Shown here piece by piece: positions 28,001 through 41,795 of a stretch of 64,000 nt of DNA. Under the pieces are notes generated by a model. That model made no database searches. It saw only the letters and a program-made list of their open reading frames with translations, and had not been told where the DNA came from. The translations under genes were made by a program, and so were the position numbers. The stretch's first letter is position 1. Each line of letters starts with the position of its first letter. Where the stretch lies: contig OZ024750.1 in NCBI GenBank assembly GCA_964016885.1, positions 1,116,001 to 1,180,000 on the forward strand, given 5' to 3'. The DNA is from Eledone cirrhosa. Its lineage: Eukaryota.

Positions 28001-28483
28001 GCTCTACCCGTTCGAGAGAGGCTCTACAGACACGGGCGCCCGGGCAGGGATCCCTCAAAAAAGATTTGCCCTAGATGCGTGCGTCACGAAGAAACCGTGG
28101 CGCACGCATTGGTGCAATGTCCGGGCGTGGCTGATCTGTGGGGCTACGCCGAACAACTGCTGTCGCGGGTGGCGCCGATTAAATTGACCGCCGAGTCCGT
28201 GATGACAATCAAACCGCCTCCCCTCTTCACAAAGGAAGCAAAGGCGGTTTTTCTGTGCGTAATAGCCATGTTGAAAGAGGTTGTTTGGTGGACACGATTG
28301 AAAGGTCTGAGGTCAGGCAACTTCCTCTCTGGCCATAGTCTGGTCTACTTCTTCCGATATCACTTCGGAAGAAGGATAAGAATGGAGAGAGAGGTGCTTG
28401 GCCACAGGCAGTTTTATGAAAGGTGGGTGATAGTGGCGAGAATGGCTCGTGTAAATGGGCCTTCTCTGTATACCATCCTGTAG
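25050..28483 (+). CDS. LINE ORF2: apurinic-like endonuclease + reverse transcriptase + C-terminal zinc knuckle, with one -1 frameshift near 25745-25760
   Basis: APE motifs: LNARGL, ICETR, GRLL, VYSP, GDWN, TWTW, SYLDRF, TDHKLV. After the frameshift, the conserved linker GPGYWKLN. RT motifs: SPGLDG, FRPITLLN, LDQSKAFDRVDH, RQGCPLS, YADD. C-terminal CPRC-x8-H-x4-C. Confidence 0.95.
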
Positions 28484-28999
28484 GTAAAGAAGTAAAGGAG
28501 AGGGGAACACCTTCTCCATGTGCTCCCCGGGCAAAGGATTGCACACTTTTTCGGGGGTGTGTGCAACCCCCATCACGTCCCCTCCCTTTTGAGGTTATTT
28601 TCGATTATTTTCATGTTACACCCTTTTTACTCGATTATATGTAAACTCCCCCTTTGTATTTGTCCCTTCTTTTTATGCCTTTATGGTAAATAAAGAAATC
28701 TATCTATATATTATTTCAGATGAAAGTGACTTCTACTCGTACATAACCTTTTCATTCGAAAAGGTTATGTACGAGTAGAAGTCACTTTCTTCATCATTTT
28801 ACTATTTTACTGAAATGAAACAGCATTAGTCCTGTAGATGTCATTTCCGTCTGAAATAAATGTATTGTGTACTTTATTCAACTGTTGCCTCTTTCCGTTT
28901 ATTAACGTAAAACCATTCTCTCTCTCCCTTCCCCTTTCTCTCTCTCTCTCTATATATATATACATGTACATACATATATAAATGTATCTATACACACGC

Positions 29000-29220
<221 letters not shown>

Positions 29221-29500
29221 CATTATGAAGAGAGAAGAAACATTTAGATATAATTAGTAATAAAATGTATCATATACATGTATATATATATACACACATA
29301 TATATATATACACACACACACATATATTATATATATATATGTATATATATATACACACATATGTATATATATATATATACACATATGTATGTATATATAT
29401 ATATATATTATATATATATATGTATATATATATACACACATATGTATATATATATATACACATATGTATGTATATATATATATATATATATATACACATG

Positions 29501-29532
<32 letters not shown>

Positions 29533-29566
29533 CACATATGTATATGTATATATATATACATATATG

Positions 29567-29613
<47 letters not shown>

Positions 29614-29643
29614 GTATATATATATATATACATATATACACAC

Positions 29644-29684
<41 letters not shown>

Positions 29685-29691
29685 TACACAC

Positions 29692-29766
<75 letters not shown>

Positions 29767-29811
29767 TATACACATATGTATATTTATATATATATACACA
29801 TATATATACAC

Positions 29812-29858
<47 letters not shown>

Positions 29859-29865
29859 TATACAC

Positions 29866-29937
<72 letters not shown>

Positions 29938-29981
29938 TAGTTTTGCGAGTTTTTTTTATATGAAATCGTGTGTCGAAACAA

Positions 29982-30389
29982 ATATTGTTATACTTGGGGA
30001 GGGTCATATTTGTGTAATATTGCCATAATTAATAACAGAACACACTCACTGTTTGTCTACGCCATTTTTATTCAGTCTGTCTATTTAGACAGACTGAATA
30101 AAAATGGCGTAGACATACAACACAACAGGAGGAAAATATAACACCACTGACGATGTTGCAGATGTGCAACGAAAGATTTATGATAAACTATATATATGTG
30201 TTTGTGTCTATATTGTATCTGTATTATTTTTTGACCGTCGGTCAGTCAATGGCAACATTGAGGACCGAGTAAGTTAGATTACCGATATAAAAGACAGCGA
30301 GAAGCGAAAACCAACCAAACAGTGAGTGTGTTCTGTTATTAATTCTGGCAATATTACACAAATATGACCCTCCCCAAGTATAACAATAT
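29982..30389. mobile_element. (TA)n-embedded element with ~74-bp inverted ends, an internal 30-bp palindrome and a hammerhead-like core
   Basis: 29982-30055 is the reverse complement of 30316-30389 (about 1 mismatch). Palindrome 30054-30083/30086-30115. CTGACGA-T-GTTGCA-GATG-TGCAAC-GAAA at 30147-30174. Confidence 0.75.
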
Positions 30390-30797
30390 ATATATACACA
30401 TATATATATATATACACACACACATATATATATACACACAGATATATATATATATACACACACACATATATATATATATACACACATATATGTATATATA
30501 TACATACATATATGTATATATATATATATAAACTAAAAAGCGTGTGTGAGAACGGACGAAAATGACAGAGGAAAAGATTAAAGAAAGCAATTTCCTCGGA
30601 AATCATTATTTTTGAACTTGAAAGCATCGCATCATTCTGTGCAGTATTGACTGCTTTTAGTGGATGCCATCGTTGTTAACACGTAGCTTGAATATACTGG
30701 AGAACAGCAGTTCCTAGTTAATGAATTACAGAATGTTCCTATTAAACGACAGCAGCTTAACATTTCCAATAGAGACTAAATCATATATATATATATG

Positions 30798-30865
<68 letters not shown>

Positions 30866-31649
30866 AAATACATATATACACGTGTGTATGCATATGAATA
30901 TACATACACATATATATATATATATGTATATTTATGTATATATATGTATATACTTACAAATGTATATGCATATATATATACTTACATGCATACGCACACG
31001 CACTCACACACCCACACACTCATGTCTATATATACTCTCACACACACACACATATATTTATATATATACATATATACATATATATATATATACACAAATC
31101 GGGGTCAAAGAAAAAGATGAGTGTAAGTAAAAACACCCAAAATAATAAAATAATAAAACAAATATAATAATATTGCTTTATACAAATATAATACTAAGTA
31201 TTAGTTGCCACCGACTTTATAGATCATGCTGCTGCTACTACTGATGCTGTTGTTGCTGTTGCTGACACCAACATGTGATAGGGTCTTGCTAATAACGAAT
31301 ACACTCACCATCAGTCTTTAAAACTCAGAATTCTTTTTACTACCCATTTGCACACACCCATCGAAAGGAGACAACAAAAATGCCCCTACTTGGCAACTAT
31401 TTTTTAAAGAAATAGTAGTGAAATTTCTCCTCAAATAACTCGTTACCATCTTGTGAAATATTGGCTTCTGATTCAGGCAGGAGGCTAACAAATTCCTCTT
31501 CAGTTATGAACAGCCGATTTATTTCAGAAAAAGAATGGTAAGAGAGAAAAGAAGAGAGAAAGAGAGAGACAGAGAGGTGGAGAGAGGGAGAGAGAGAGAG
31601 AGGGGGAGAGATAGGGAGAGAGAGAGAAAGGAAGACTCGAATCTTAGTA

Positions 31650-31831
31650 TTTAACAGGTACTTTATCTATCGACCCCAGTGTGTTACTGGTACTTTATTT
31701 TATCGATCCTGTAAGGATGAAAGGCAAAGCTAACCTTGACAGGATTTGAACTCAGAACATAAAGGGACGCAACTCTATGCCGCAAAGCATGTTGTCCAAT
31801 GCTCTACCGATCACTACCAATTCACCGCCCA
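31650..31831 (-). mobile_element. SINE copy
   Basis: CTGGTACTTTATTTTATCGATCC...GGATGAAAGGCAAAG...TTTGAACTCAGAAC...CCAATTCACCGCC. Confidence 0.85.
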
Positions 31832-32879
31832 ACCATCTTATAAAATAATAAGGAAATTTATTTATAATGTAGTTATTGCTGAGATGAATCCATTTCGCAC
31901 GCCTTTCATAATAAATTTGCTTACTAAGAATTAACTATGTGCTAAAAACGTAATAACCTTACCAAAACAATTCCTAAAATAAGATCTCATTTTAACAGTA
32001 CACAAGTTCATAGATACTTTTACAACGCCCAGCTAAAATTAGCGTATTTAATACCACTGGGGATACTACTGGTAACCTGAAGAGATCTATTCAACGTTTT
32101 ACTAGCTATGAATGAAACGGCACCGCCATGGCTCTCACTAGCATTTAGAATTTAGAATGATCAGCTTGCTTTACAGTACAGAAAGTACCAGGTTATAAAA
32201 AAAACTCTGTAGCTTGGCTAGACATCATTTCCATATGACCACTACCATTTCTAACTTCCATATAGAATCATATATCCCCTACTATCTTGAATCAATGCTC
32301 AATTCAATAAGCCAAACTTCAAATATTTCGTTGTTGTTTTCAGATATAATAAAACAAGGAAAAGAATCCACCAAACTCTGAAGTTTATCTCCGGTTATAT
32401 AATCTGTATCCATGACAAATTATTTGTGTAACATATTTTCCTTTCGGGATTTTCTTCCAAAAGGAATTTCTTGGTGATCGAGACATTTATATTTCTTGGT
32501 AATTCTCATCTATGTAGACAAACGCCTAGACAATCCTGGTATTATTTAAATATTGCTAACATCATTTACAGATTGCGTGTAGTAAGTTCAACAACTTATT
32601 ATCAATATCTCTATCGAAGTCTTAGCAAAACCAACTATCTTCTTTCTGCTGATATTATGATTGTTGTTCATTTTCTATCTAAACTTCCAACCTTATTGAA
32701 GAGCCAATGGCTCATTTTGGAAATAGGAATATTTTCCAATTTTTCCAAAATCTCATCATTTTCCCTTCTTATCTAGTTCAAAGCCTCATTGTGGAATGGT
32801 GCTGGGTAAGATATGTCTCGGCTGGAATTGAAACTACCAGTGATCACTTCAAGTCTATTTCATCCAGTCCTGACCATCA

Positions 32880-33097
32880 TACGAGGGTAGGCTGAACACT
32901 TCATAGGCTGACTATAAAGGAGTGATGCTAGAGCTCTGAAATCTTGCATGCATTAACTTCAATCTTTCTTACTAAAAACCTGCATTGTTTCTTTTAGGGA
33001 CTATATTGAAACATAAGCCTCATTTGGTCATTCCATGAGAGTATCTTGCTCAGACTATGAACTTTTCAGTCTATGGACTTTTCAGTAGACCCTCATA
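32880..33097 (+). mobile_element. Mariner-type MITE (~200 bp)
   Basis: TA-flanked terminal inverted repeats TACGAGGGTAGGCTGAA..TTCATAGGCTGAC / CAGACTATGAACTTTTCAG..GACCCTCATA. Six copies in the window. Confidence 0.8.
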
Positions 33098-33701
33098 ATG
33101 TTTAGTCTCTGGGGACCCGTTTTACTGTTGTTAAAGCAGTTTCATGAAATATAGATGAAATATTGAAATATAGACACCTTGAGGAAGTTTCAAGTTTTCG
33201 TTTAATAACAACCAGTGAAGCTCATTGCTAGTGTAGGGTCAGCCATCGCCTGCGGCTAATTTTTAATGTTCAATTTGTCGTTCGTGTATTACCGCAAGAT
33301 TGGAAAGTTTTCCAACATTCAATTATTTTTATATCAACCATATGATGTTTCTTTCGTTGAATATTAGTTGTTTAGATCAGCCCTGACCAAGTAAATATTA
33401 CCAAAGGCGTTTTATAGGTGACATATTCTAACTTTTCTTTGCCAAATATACGCCTGTTGTTGTTGCTGCTGTTACTGTTGTTGTTGCTGTTGCTGTTGTT
33501 GCTGTTGTTGTCGCTGTTGATGTTGTTGTTGTCGTTATTGCTGCTGTTGTTGTTATTGCTGTTCATATCATTGATTTTATTACTGAGAATATTTAACGAC
33601 ATTGTTGTGTTACTCAGGGTCTCCATTTTGAAATTGTTATCGCAGCTTCAACATTTTCTTTGTTGCTGCAACTGTTATTGTCATTATTTGACTTCTGCGA
33701 A

Positions 33702-33916
33702 AGCGGTGGATTGGCAGTATCGGTAGAGTGTCGGACACCATAATTTGTGGCATAGAGTTACGGCCCTTTACGTTATGAGCTCAAATTCCGCAGAGGTTAA
33801 CTTTGCTTTTCATCCTTACGCGGTCGATAAAATAAAGTACCAGTCATGTACTGGGGTCGATTTAGTCGATTCCTCCCATTCAAATTGCTGACCTTGTGCC
33901 TAAAGTAGAACCAATT
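33702..33916 (+). mobile_element. SINE copy (long-tail variant)
   Basis: Same head and body as 12708, plus the GGGGTCGATTTAGTCGATTCCTCCC segment. Confidence 0.85.
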
Positions 33917-34190
33917 ATTTGACTTTGTCAGAACAATCTACTGTTATTGCTGTGGTCACTAACCTCACACAGTACACCTTATTACTGTTATCGTTGTTAT
34001 TGGTAACCAAGAAAATGTGTAACTAACGTTTATAGGCTCGAGCGAAACCTCTACTGGCGAGAAACTTCTTAGTAAAGAAGACTTTATGAATAATTTGGCT
34101 GTGAAGAATATTTGAGACCTAACAATGTGACTATGTAAGTGTGTGCGTGTGCCTGTATATATAGATAGATATGTATATGTGTAAGTGTGT

Positions 34191-34231
<41 letters not shown>

Positions 34232-34339
34232 GATAGATACGTATATATGTGTGTGTGCCTGTATATATATATAGATAGATATGTATATGTATAAGTGTGT
34301 GTATGTGTGTGCCTGTATATATATATATATGTGTGTACG

Positions 34340-34535
34340 TGTGTGTTTCGGCTGTAAAGTTCTTAGGCTGACCAATATACTCTCATGGAATGTCCAATGA
34401 GGTTAATTATTCAACATAATCTCTGGAAAGAAACAGTACAGTTATTAATAAGAAGAGTTGAAATTAATGCATGCAAGATTTCACAGCTCTAGCATCGCCC
34501 CATCATAGTCAGCCTATAAACTTTCCAGCTGACAC
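34340..34535 (-). mobile_element. Mariner-type MITE copy
   Basis: Reverse complement of the same body (ACTCTCATGGAATG...TTTCACAGCTCTAGCATC). Confidence 0.7.
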
Positions 34536-35403
34536 TATTATGATATATAATGTTTTACTTATTAATTTTGTTAATTTTATGTCGTCATCAAAACTTAGAA
34601 GTGTTTCGAAAAAAATCAAATAAAAAAAAAAATATTTATCCAATGTAAAATGTTGGGAAAATTCTGTTGTGATGTTTCTGGTGACAAACTCCGGTAACTA
34701 TGGTAACTAAGCTGGCTTTACGTAATCAAAATATCACAGAACAAATATTTAGACCAACCGCCATTGTTTTATTTTTGCCTTGATATTTACTCCGACCACC
34801 ATCACCACCACCACCACCATCTCTACCACCACTACCAAAACCATCGCCACCACCACCATCACTACCACCACCACAACCACCGCCACAGCCATCACCACCA
34901 CCATCACTACCATCATTATTACCAAAATAACAACAGCAACAACATTTCTTTTCTTAATTTTGCAACAAGAGCTCATTCATACGCACCAAAAAGATGTTAG
35001 GTGCAACAAAACCAGAGAGGGATATAGAGACAAAGTTATATAAATCCGAGACGAGGGGGAAATATTTCATTGTCTATTATATTGAGATGTATTACAGTGT
35101 TTTAATATATAAATAAATAAATAAATATATATATTTCCAAAATTAAATTAAGGGTGTCATGCCAGAGAGACATTGAGATTTGGCTACTGTGGTTTACCGA
35201 TCGATTAATGGTGAAATATATTTCTTTAATGAAATATATACAAGGAAGATTAATCAATTTATAAGGTATCTATTTTTAAAGTTCTAGTTAAACTTTAATT
35301 AGATACCTACCTGGCTATGTGTGCTTACACACTTTTACAAATTATTCCCTGTGATTGTTTCATATGTTTATTTTATATATATATATGTCAATCAAATTCT
35401 AGT

Positions 35404-35445
<42 letters not shown>

Positions 35446-35615
35446 CAGTTAGTTCACCATACCGAGAACAATTGTTTCACCTTAGCGGAGCCTCAGCTCG
35501 GAATCCTTCTACCTAACTCGTCCCATGGACTGAGTGCTCTACCACTACGGATATTACCTTCCAGTGTCCCACCACTATATATATATTTATTTATATATAT
35601 AAATATATATTTATT

Positions 35616-35649
<34 letters not shown>

Positions 35650-35863
35650 TATTTATATATATAAATATATTTATAAATATATATATTTATTTATATATAT
35701 AAATATATATATTTATTTATTTATATATATATATTTATTTATATATATAAATATATATATATTTATTTATATATATAAATATATATATATATTTATTTAT
35801 ATATATATATATATATTTATTTATATATATAAATATATATATATTTATTTATATATATATATA

Positions 35864-35905
<42 letters not shown>

Positions 35906-35971
35906 AATATATATATATATTTATTTATTTATATATATATATATATTTATATATATAAATATATATATATA

Positions 35972-36062
<91 letters not shown>

Positions 36063-36291
36063 TTATAAATATATTTATTTATATATATAAATATATATAT
36101 ATATTTATTGATATATATATATATATATTTATATATATAAATATATATATATATATTTATATATATAAATATAAATATATATATATTTATTTATATATAT
36201 AAATATATATATATATATTTATTTATATATATAAATATAAATATATATATATTTATTTATATATATACATATAAATATATATATATTTATT

Positions 36292-36324
<33 letters not shown>

Positions 36325-36551
36325 TTATTTATATATATATATATTTATTTATATATATATAAATATATATATATATTTATTTATTTATATAAATATATAA
36401 ATATATATATATATATATATTTATTTATATATATATATATTTATTTATATATATATAAATATATATATATATTTATTTATTTATATATATAAATATATAT
36501 ATATATATTTATTTATTTATATATATATAAATATATATATATTTATTTATT

Positions 36552-36584
<33 letters not shown>

Positions 36585-36751
36585 TTATTTATATATATAT
36601 ATAAATATATATATATATATTTATTTATATATATATATATATAAATATATATATATATTTATATATATAAATATATATATATATTTATATATATAAATAT
36701 ATATATATTTACTTATTTATATATATATATATATATATAAATATATATATA

Positions 36752-36783
<32 letters not shown>

Positions 36784-36842
36784 AATATATATATATTTAT
36801 TTATTTATATATATATATATAAATAAATATATATATATAAAT

Positions 36843-36873
<31 letters not shown>

Positions 36874-36981
36874 AATATATATATATTTATTTATATATAT
36901 ATATATAAATATATATATATTTATATATATATATATATATATATAAATATATATATATTTATATATATATAAATATGTATA

Positions 36982-37024
<43 letters not shown>

Positions 37025-37035
37025 TTATATATATA

Positions 37036-37176
<141 letters not shown>

Positions 37177-37217
37177 ATATTTATTTTTATATATATATAT
37201 TTATATATATATATATC

Positions 37218-37930
37218 TATATCCAAAATTAAGATAAATTAAATGAATTTAATCTAAATCAAAATTATGGGTGTCATGCCAGAAAGTCATGCGCCATATC
37301 ACCCGGAAAATAAGCTCCAAGATTCTATCGAGTAGGTCCGAGCATTTTATAATAACTAGAAATTGATTAACACATAAACATGAATAATCACAGGAGATAA
37401 TTTTTACAAGTGTGTAACCACACATAGTTAGGTAGGTAACTAAATAAAGTTGACTAGAACTTCAAAAATAGATACCTTATAATATGATTAATCTTCCCTG
37501 TATATATTCCATTAAAGAAATATATTTCACCAATTAATCAGATGGTAAACCACGGAAGTGGAGATTTTGGATTTTCAACAAGGAAGAAAATTTCCAGCAA
37601 TCCGTGTTTACACTACAAGTTCAAATCTGCAACTGGCTATTACCACGTGTTTACTACACACATCATAGTAGCTTCGTCCCAGTGGCGTGAATAGGGTTAT
37701 CGACAACTAGAAACAGCAGTCGAGTCCTTTCAACAGAGTTAGCTCTACAATTAAGGAGCCGTATTTATATATCTATATCCAAAATTAAGATAAATTAAAT
37801 GAATTTAATCTAAATCAAAATTATGTGTGTCATGCCAGAAAGGCATGCGCCATATCACCCGTTACACACTTGTAAAAATTATCTCCTGTGATTATTCATG
37901 TTTATATATATGTTAATCAATTTCTAGTTA
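37218..37930. mobile_element. Complex direct + inverted repeat element (Penelope-like remnant); diverged relative at 35130-35405
   Basis: 37218-37304 is repeated directly at 37773-37861. 37353-37417 is inverted at 37861-37930. 37353-37553 is a diverged reverse complement of 35190-35405. Confidence 0.6.
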
Positions 37931-38024
37931 TATTTATATATATATATATATTTATATATTTATTTTTATTACATATCTAAAATCATGTCTTTATATTTAA
38001 TTTAATTATATTTGTGTATGAATG

Positions 38025-38238
<214 letters not shown>

Positions 38239-40356
38239 CATTCATACACAAATATAATTAAATAAAATATAAAGACATGATTTTAGATATGTAGAGACGT
38301 GAAATTCCGCCATGATCGTACTTGAATAAGGAAATGTTACATTTTATCACACGCCTCTATAACATCCATTTTATCTCTGTTAGGTCACATATATTTAATT
38401 CCTATACACTGATAGCAATGTAAACAGAAAAAAAAAATCCTGCTTGTTCTGTATGTATTGCTTATAACAACACCTCACTCTTTAAAATAGTTTTGTTGTC
38501 TTCGTTTGGCAAAAATGTGTGTTTGTGTATGCTTTGTTGTTGTTACAAGTATTATTGATTATATTAACGTTTTTATAGGTTTCAGAATCATTATTTTTTA
38601 ATCTAACTGTGAAACTGAATTTGTCCTATTTGTATTTTCTTATTTGTTCATCATGAGGTTACGTCCCTTATTGCCTTTTTGAGTGAATTTATTTACCCCG
38701 AAACCATTTTGAGTTAGATGTAAACAAAAAGAAAACGCAAAATTAACCCAAATCTGAAATGATGTACAAAGTATACCGACCTTATGTCTCCCCCGGTATG
38801 GGGGTAGACGTCCAATGAATTCCAGATGATTCCTTGGTGAAAGATATTCCCCAAAGAATATTGTTCATCCTTTATTAGGTAAAGAATCCCAAATGCTCGG
38901 AAGGTTTTGAAACACCACTGTACATGGCAACAACAAGATCAACAACAACAACAACAACAATGATAATAAAAATAATATACATATAGTATATATATATATC
39001 ATACAAAATATTGACAGCCTAATGAGTTCCATCTTCAAAGTGTCTCGGTAAATAACATATACGAAGATAGATTGAAAATAATGGGAAGAAGAGTTTCACA
39101 ATATTTAGACAAACAAAAGGTTGTCGGTTAAGAAGTAAAGATATGTTAAAAGATGTGAAAAGGTTATGATTCAAGTCAGAAGATCAATGGTGAAAATCAT
39201 GTAAACAGAATATATTTGTTAGAAAACAGAGAAAATATTGAACACATCCCCACTGAAACCGCCCTCAAATGTGAATAAAAAAATGGTTGGAAACCTGAAA
39301 AAAAATTGAGATAAAACCAGACAAACATAATACATAGCTGGGAAAAGGTTAGGTTTGGTTTGGTAGAAAACTAAAGAAACTTAAAACCATTATTAAAGGT
39401 AGACAAGCGCAATTAGCTATAGGTGAATTGATATGGAAATATACGATTATGTTAAAGAATATTATTAGTGTCTGATCAAAGGCGTTCCAAATATGACCAT
39501 TTAGTGAGAATCATCTCTTATGAAAATGCAGACAACATTGAAAACTTATATATGTACGCAGAGCTTCCGTTCGAGATTTAGGACTGGAGGGACTTAAGTA
39601 TATATATACTGTAAATATGTACTATTACTATATATCATAACCACTCAAACACAGCTGATATACCCGTCTACCACGAAACCCCCTCTCCTTCACTAACCAC
39701 ACATACTGAGCCCTGTCTTCAGATTTTCCTTCTCCCAGCTCAGCACTAACTATATTTTGTCCTTTTCTATATCTAGAATGAAATCATACAACGTGTCTGT
39801 CCCCCTCCAAACCATCCAGGAATTTGCTGCTACTTTTAGTATAGCAAACGATCACGTACAAGGTTCTGTGTTAACTCGTGATTATGTTTTGTACAAGGAG
39901 GAAATTGTGATCTCGCCTTTGGTCAAATATGTTCTTGTTAAGATTTTAACACGCGATAGTAATGTTGGAAGTGGCTATATAACCAACTCCAATTGGTACA
40001 TCTTGTGTTGTCCAACGGAGTAATAATGTATTGGAATCTGATTTTAAAATGTGTGACATTGTACTAACTAATATGAAACATGACAGAAGTCTCATTAATA
40101 TATGCAGAAACTCTACCATGTTAATCTCAAGTGTATTATCACCGAGACTGATGTGAAATGCTAGCAGCAAATAAAACCAACTTGTTGATGTCGCTCACTA
40201 GTAGCTAATATTTGCTTTCTGCTACTCTTCAAAATTACCTACACACACACGTGCACACATACATACACACGCACACAGATACACACAAACTTACACACAC
40301 GGTCACATGCTCACACACACGTATACATATACAGATTCATCAATTTCTCTCTTTCT

Positions 40357-40390
<34 letters not shown>

Positions 40391-41009
40391 TAATGTTGTA
40401 GTCGAATATCATACGATGGTGTATATGAAACATTTGTAAAACATTATTTTATATAAAACTCTTCCAAAGTTTAGAGTCAAATGGTTTTATATATATTTAA
40501 TGCAGAATACATTTCTCCCTGCTCCTTTGTGGAACGACGTGACTATTTTCCTTCGATTTCTATATGAGTTATGAATACTGCTTCTGTCATTAAACATCTA
40601 TGTTGTGTGGATTTTTACTGAGTTTAGATGTTCTTATCTAGTTTTCGTGTTATGTGAAGTAATGCATTGCAAGTTCTCTGTTATAACCAACTGCATAGAC
40701 AGCCGTTAGGAGACTTGTTTTTACAAGGTCAATATAATAGTTGCAGTCATCATTTCCACATCAGACATGCCAACCTCTAAAACCGCAAACGGGGAGTACC
40801 ATGAAAAAAAGTGCCACAAAAGGGGGTGAAATGAGGCAAAATGGGGAGATTTTACATAATGAAAGCTATAGCCATTTTCACAAGACAAGACGTTTCTCAT
40901 CCACCCCAAAGTGGGTGGGAGATCTCCCCGTCAGACAGGGAGAGTTGACAGGTCTGTTAACGTTTTTTAAGGCCAATATAACATTTGGAGTCATTATTTC
41001 AACATTTGC

Positions 41010-41230
41010 CCGGGGTCATTCCAGATATCCCTGTCCTCCATCACTGTTTTCAGATTTTCGATTGTCAAAACCAACATCTTTAGTCAGTTGGTCGATATAA
41101 GTCATTCGATGACGCCGGATGCAAAAGTGTCATTGGGTTGGCACCTCAACAACAAAAAATACTACTAACAAGCTCGTCTTTGCTTCATTCGCAGTACCTA
41201 GCATATTCCACATTTACAATCGACCTCATT
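41010..41230 (-). mobile_element. Decayed RTE/RTEX-like LINE 3' fragment
   Basis: Minus-strand pieces SKDELVS..., RHRMTYIDQLTKDVG, LKTVMEDRDIW, across stops and frameshifts. Confidence 0.55.
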
Positions 41231-41752
41231 AGTTATATTAATCATTAATTCATGGTTCATATTTATGTTTATTTTTTCATATAAATTAGAATATCTTTAA
41301 TTTTATTTATTTTCCCTCTAATATGTTATTAACATTTGTTTATGACTTGTAAAACATTCTCTATTCTGTTTTATGAATGTTTGATGTGTTCATTTATTCT
41401 ATAATATGTATTTGAGTCAGATAGACATGCCATAGAACCATATACAACAGTACAGACACAACACTAATTAAAAATAAAAGAAAACTACATAGAAATAATT
41501 GAATTATATGGATTAAATGCATGGCAACTCTAGAATATATGAATGTATTATCATAAATCTCATAAACATAATATATTGTAGTAAGCCATAAGCTAACACT
41601 AATAATATACTGCAAAATCAAACCACTATAATTAACACATTTGTTAATGATAGACCACAAACTTGTAAAACTTCGAACGAGCTATTATAACCAATGTAAT
41701 TTATATATTCGATATAGCAACTAACAAACCACCTCACACCCCACCCCCACCT

Positions 41753-41795
<43 letters not shown>

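Larger units (their letters stand above)
22906..28698 (+). mobile_element. Apparently full-length L1/Tx1-clade non-LTR retrotransposon (LINE)
   Basis: Two-ORF structure (gag-like ORF1; APE-RT-CCHC ORF2). Identical 20-bp flanks TCTATCTATATATTATTTCA at 22886-22905 and 28699-28718 (TSD). AATAAA at 28689-28694 followed by a short A-rich end. ORF2 is much more GC-rich than the surroundings. Confidence 0.95.

Noticed and set aside
23768-28644. Antisense and alternate-frame ORFs inside the LINE
   Set aside because: Shadows of the GC-rich ORF1/ORF2 coding sequence.
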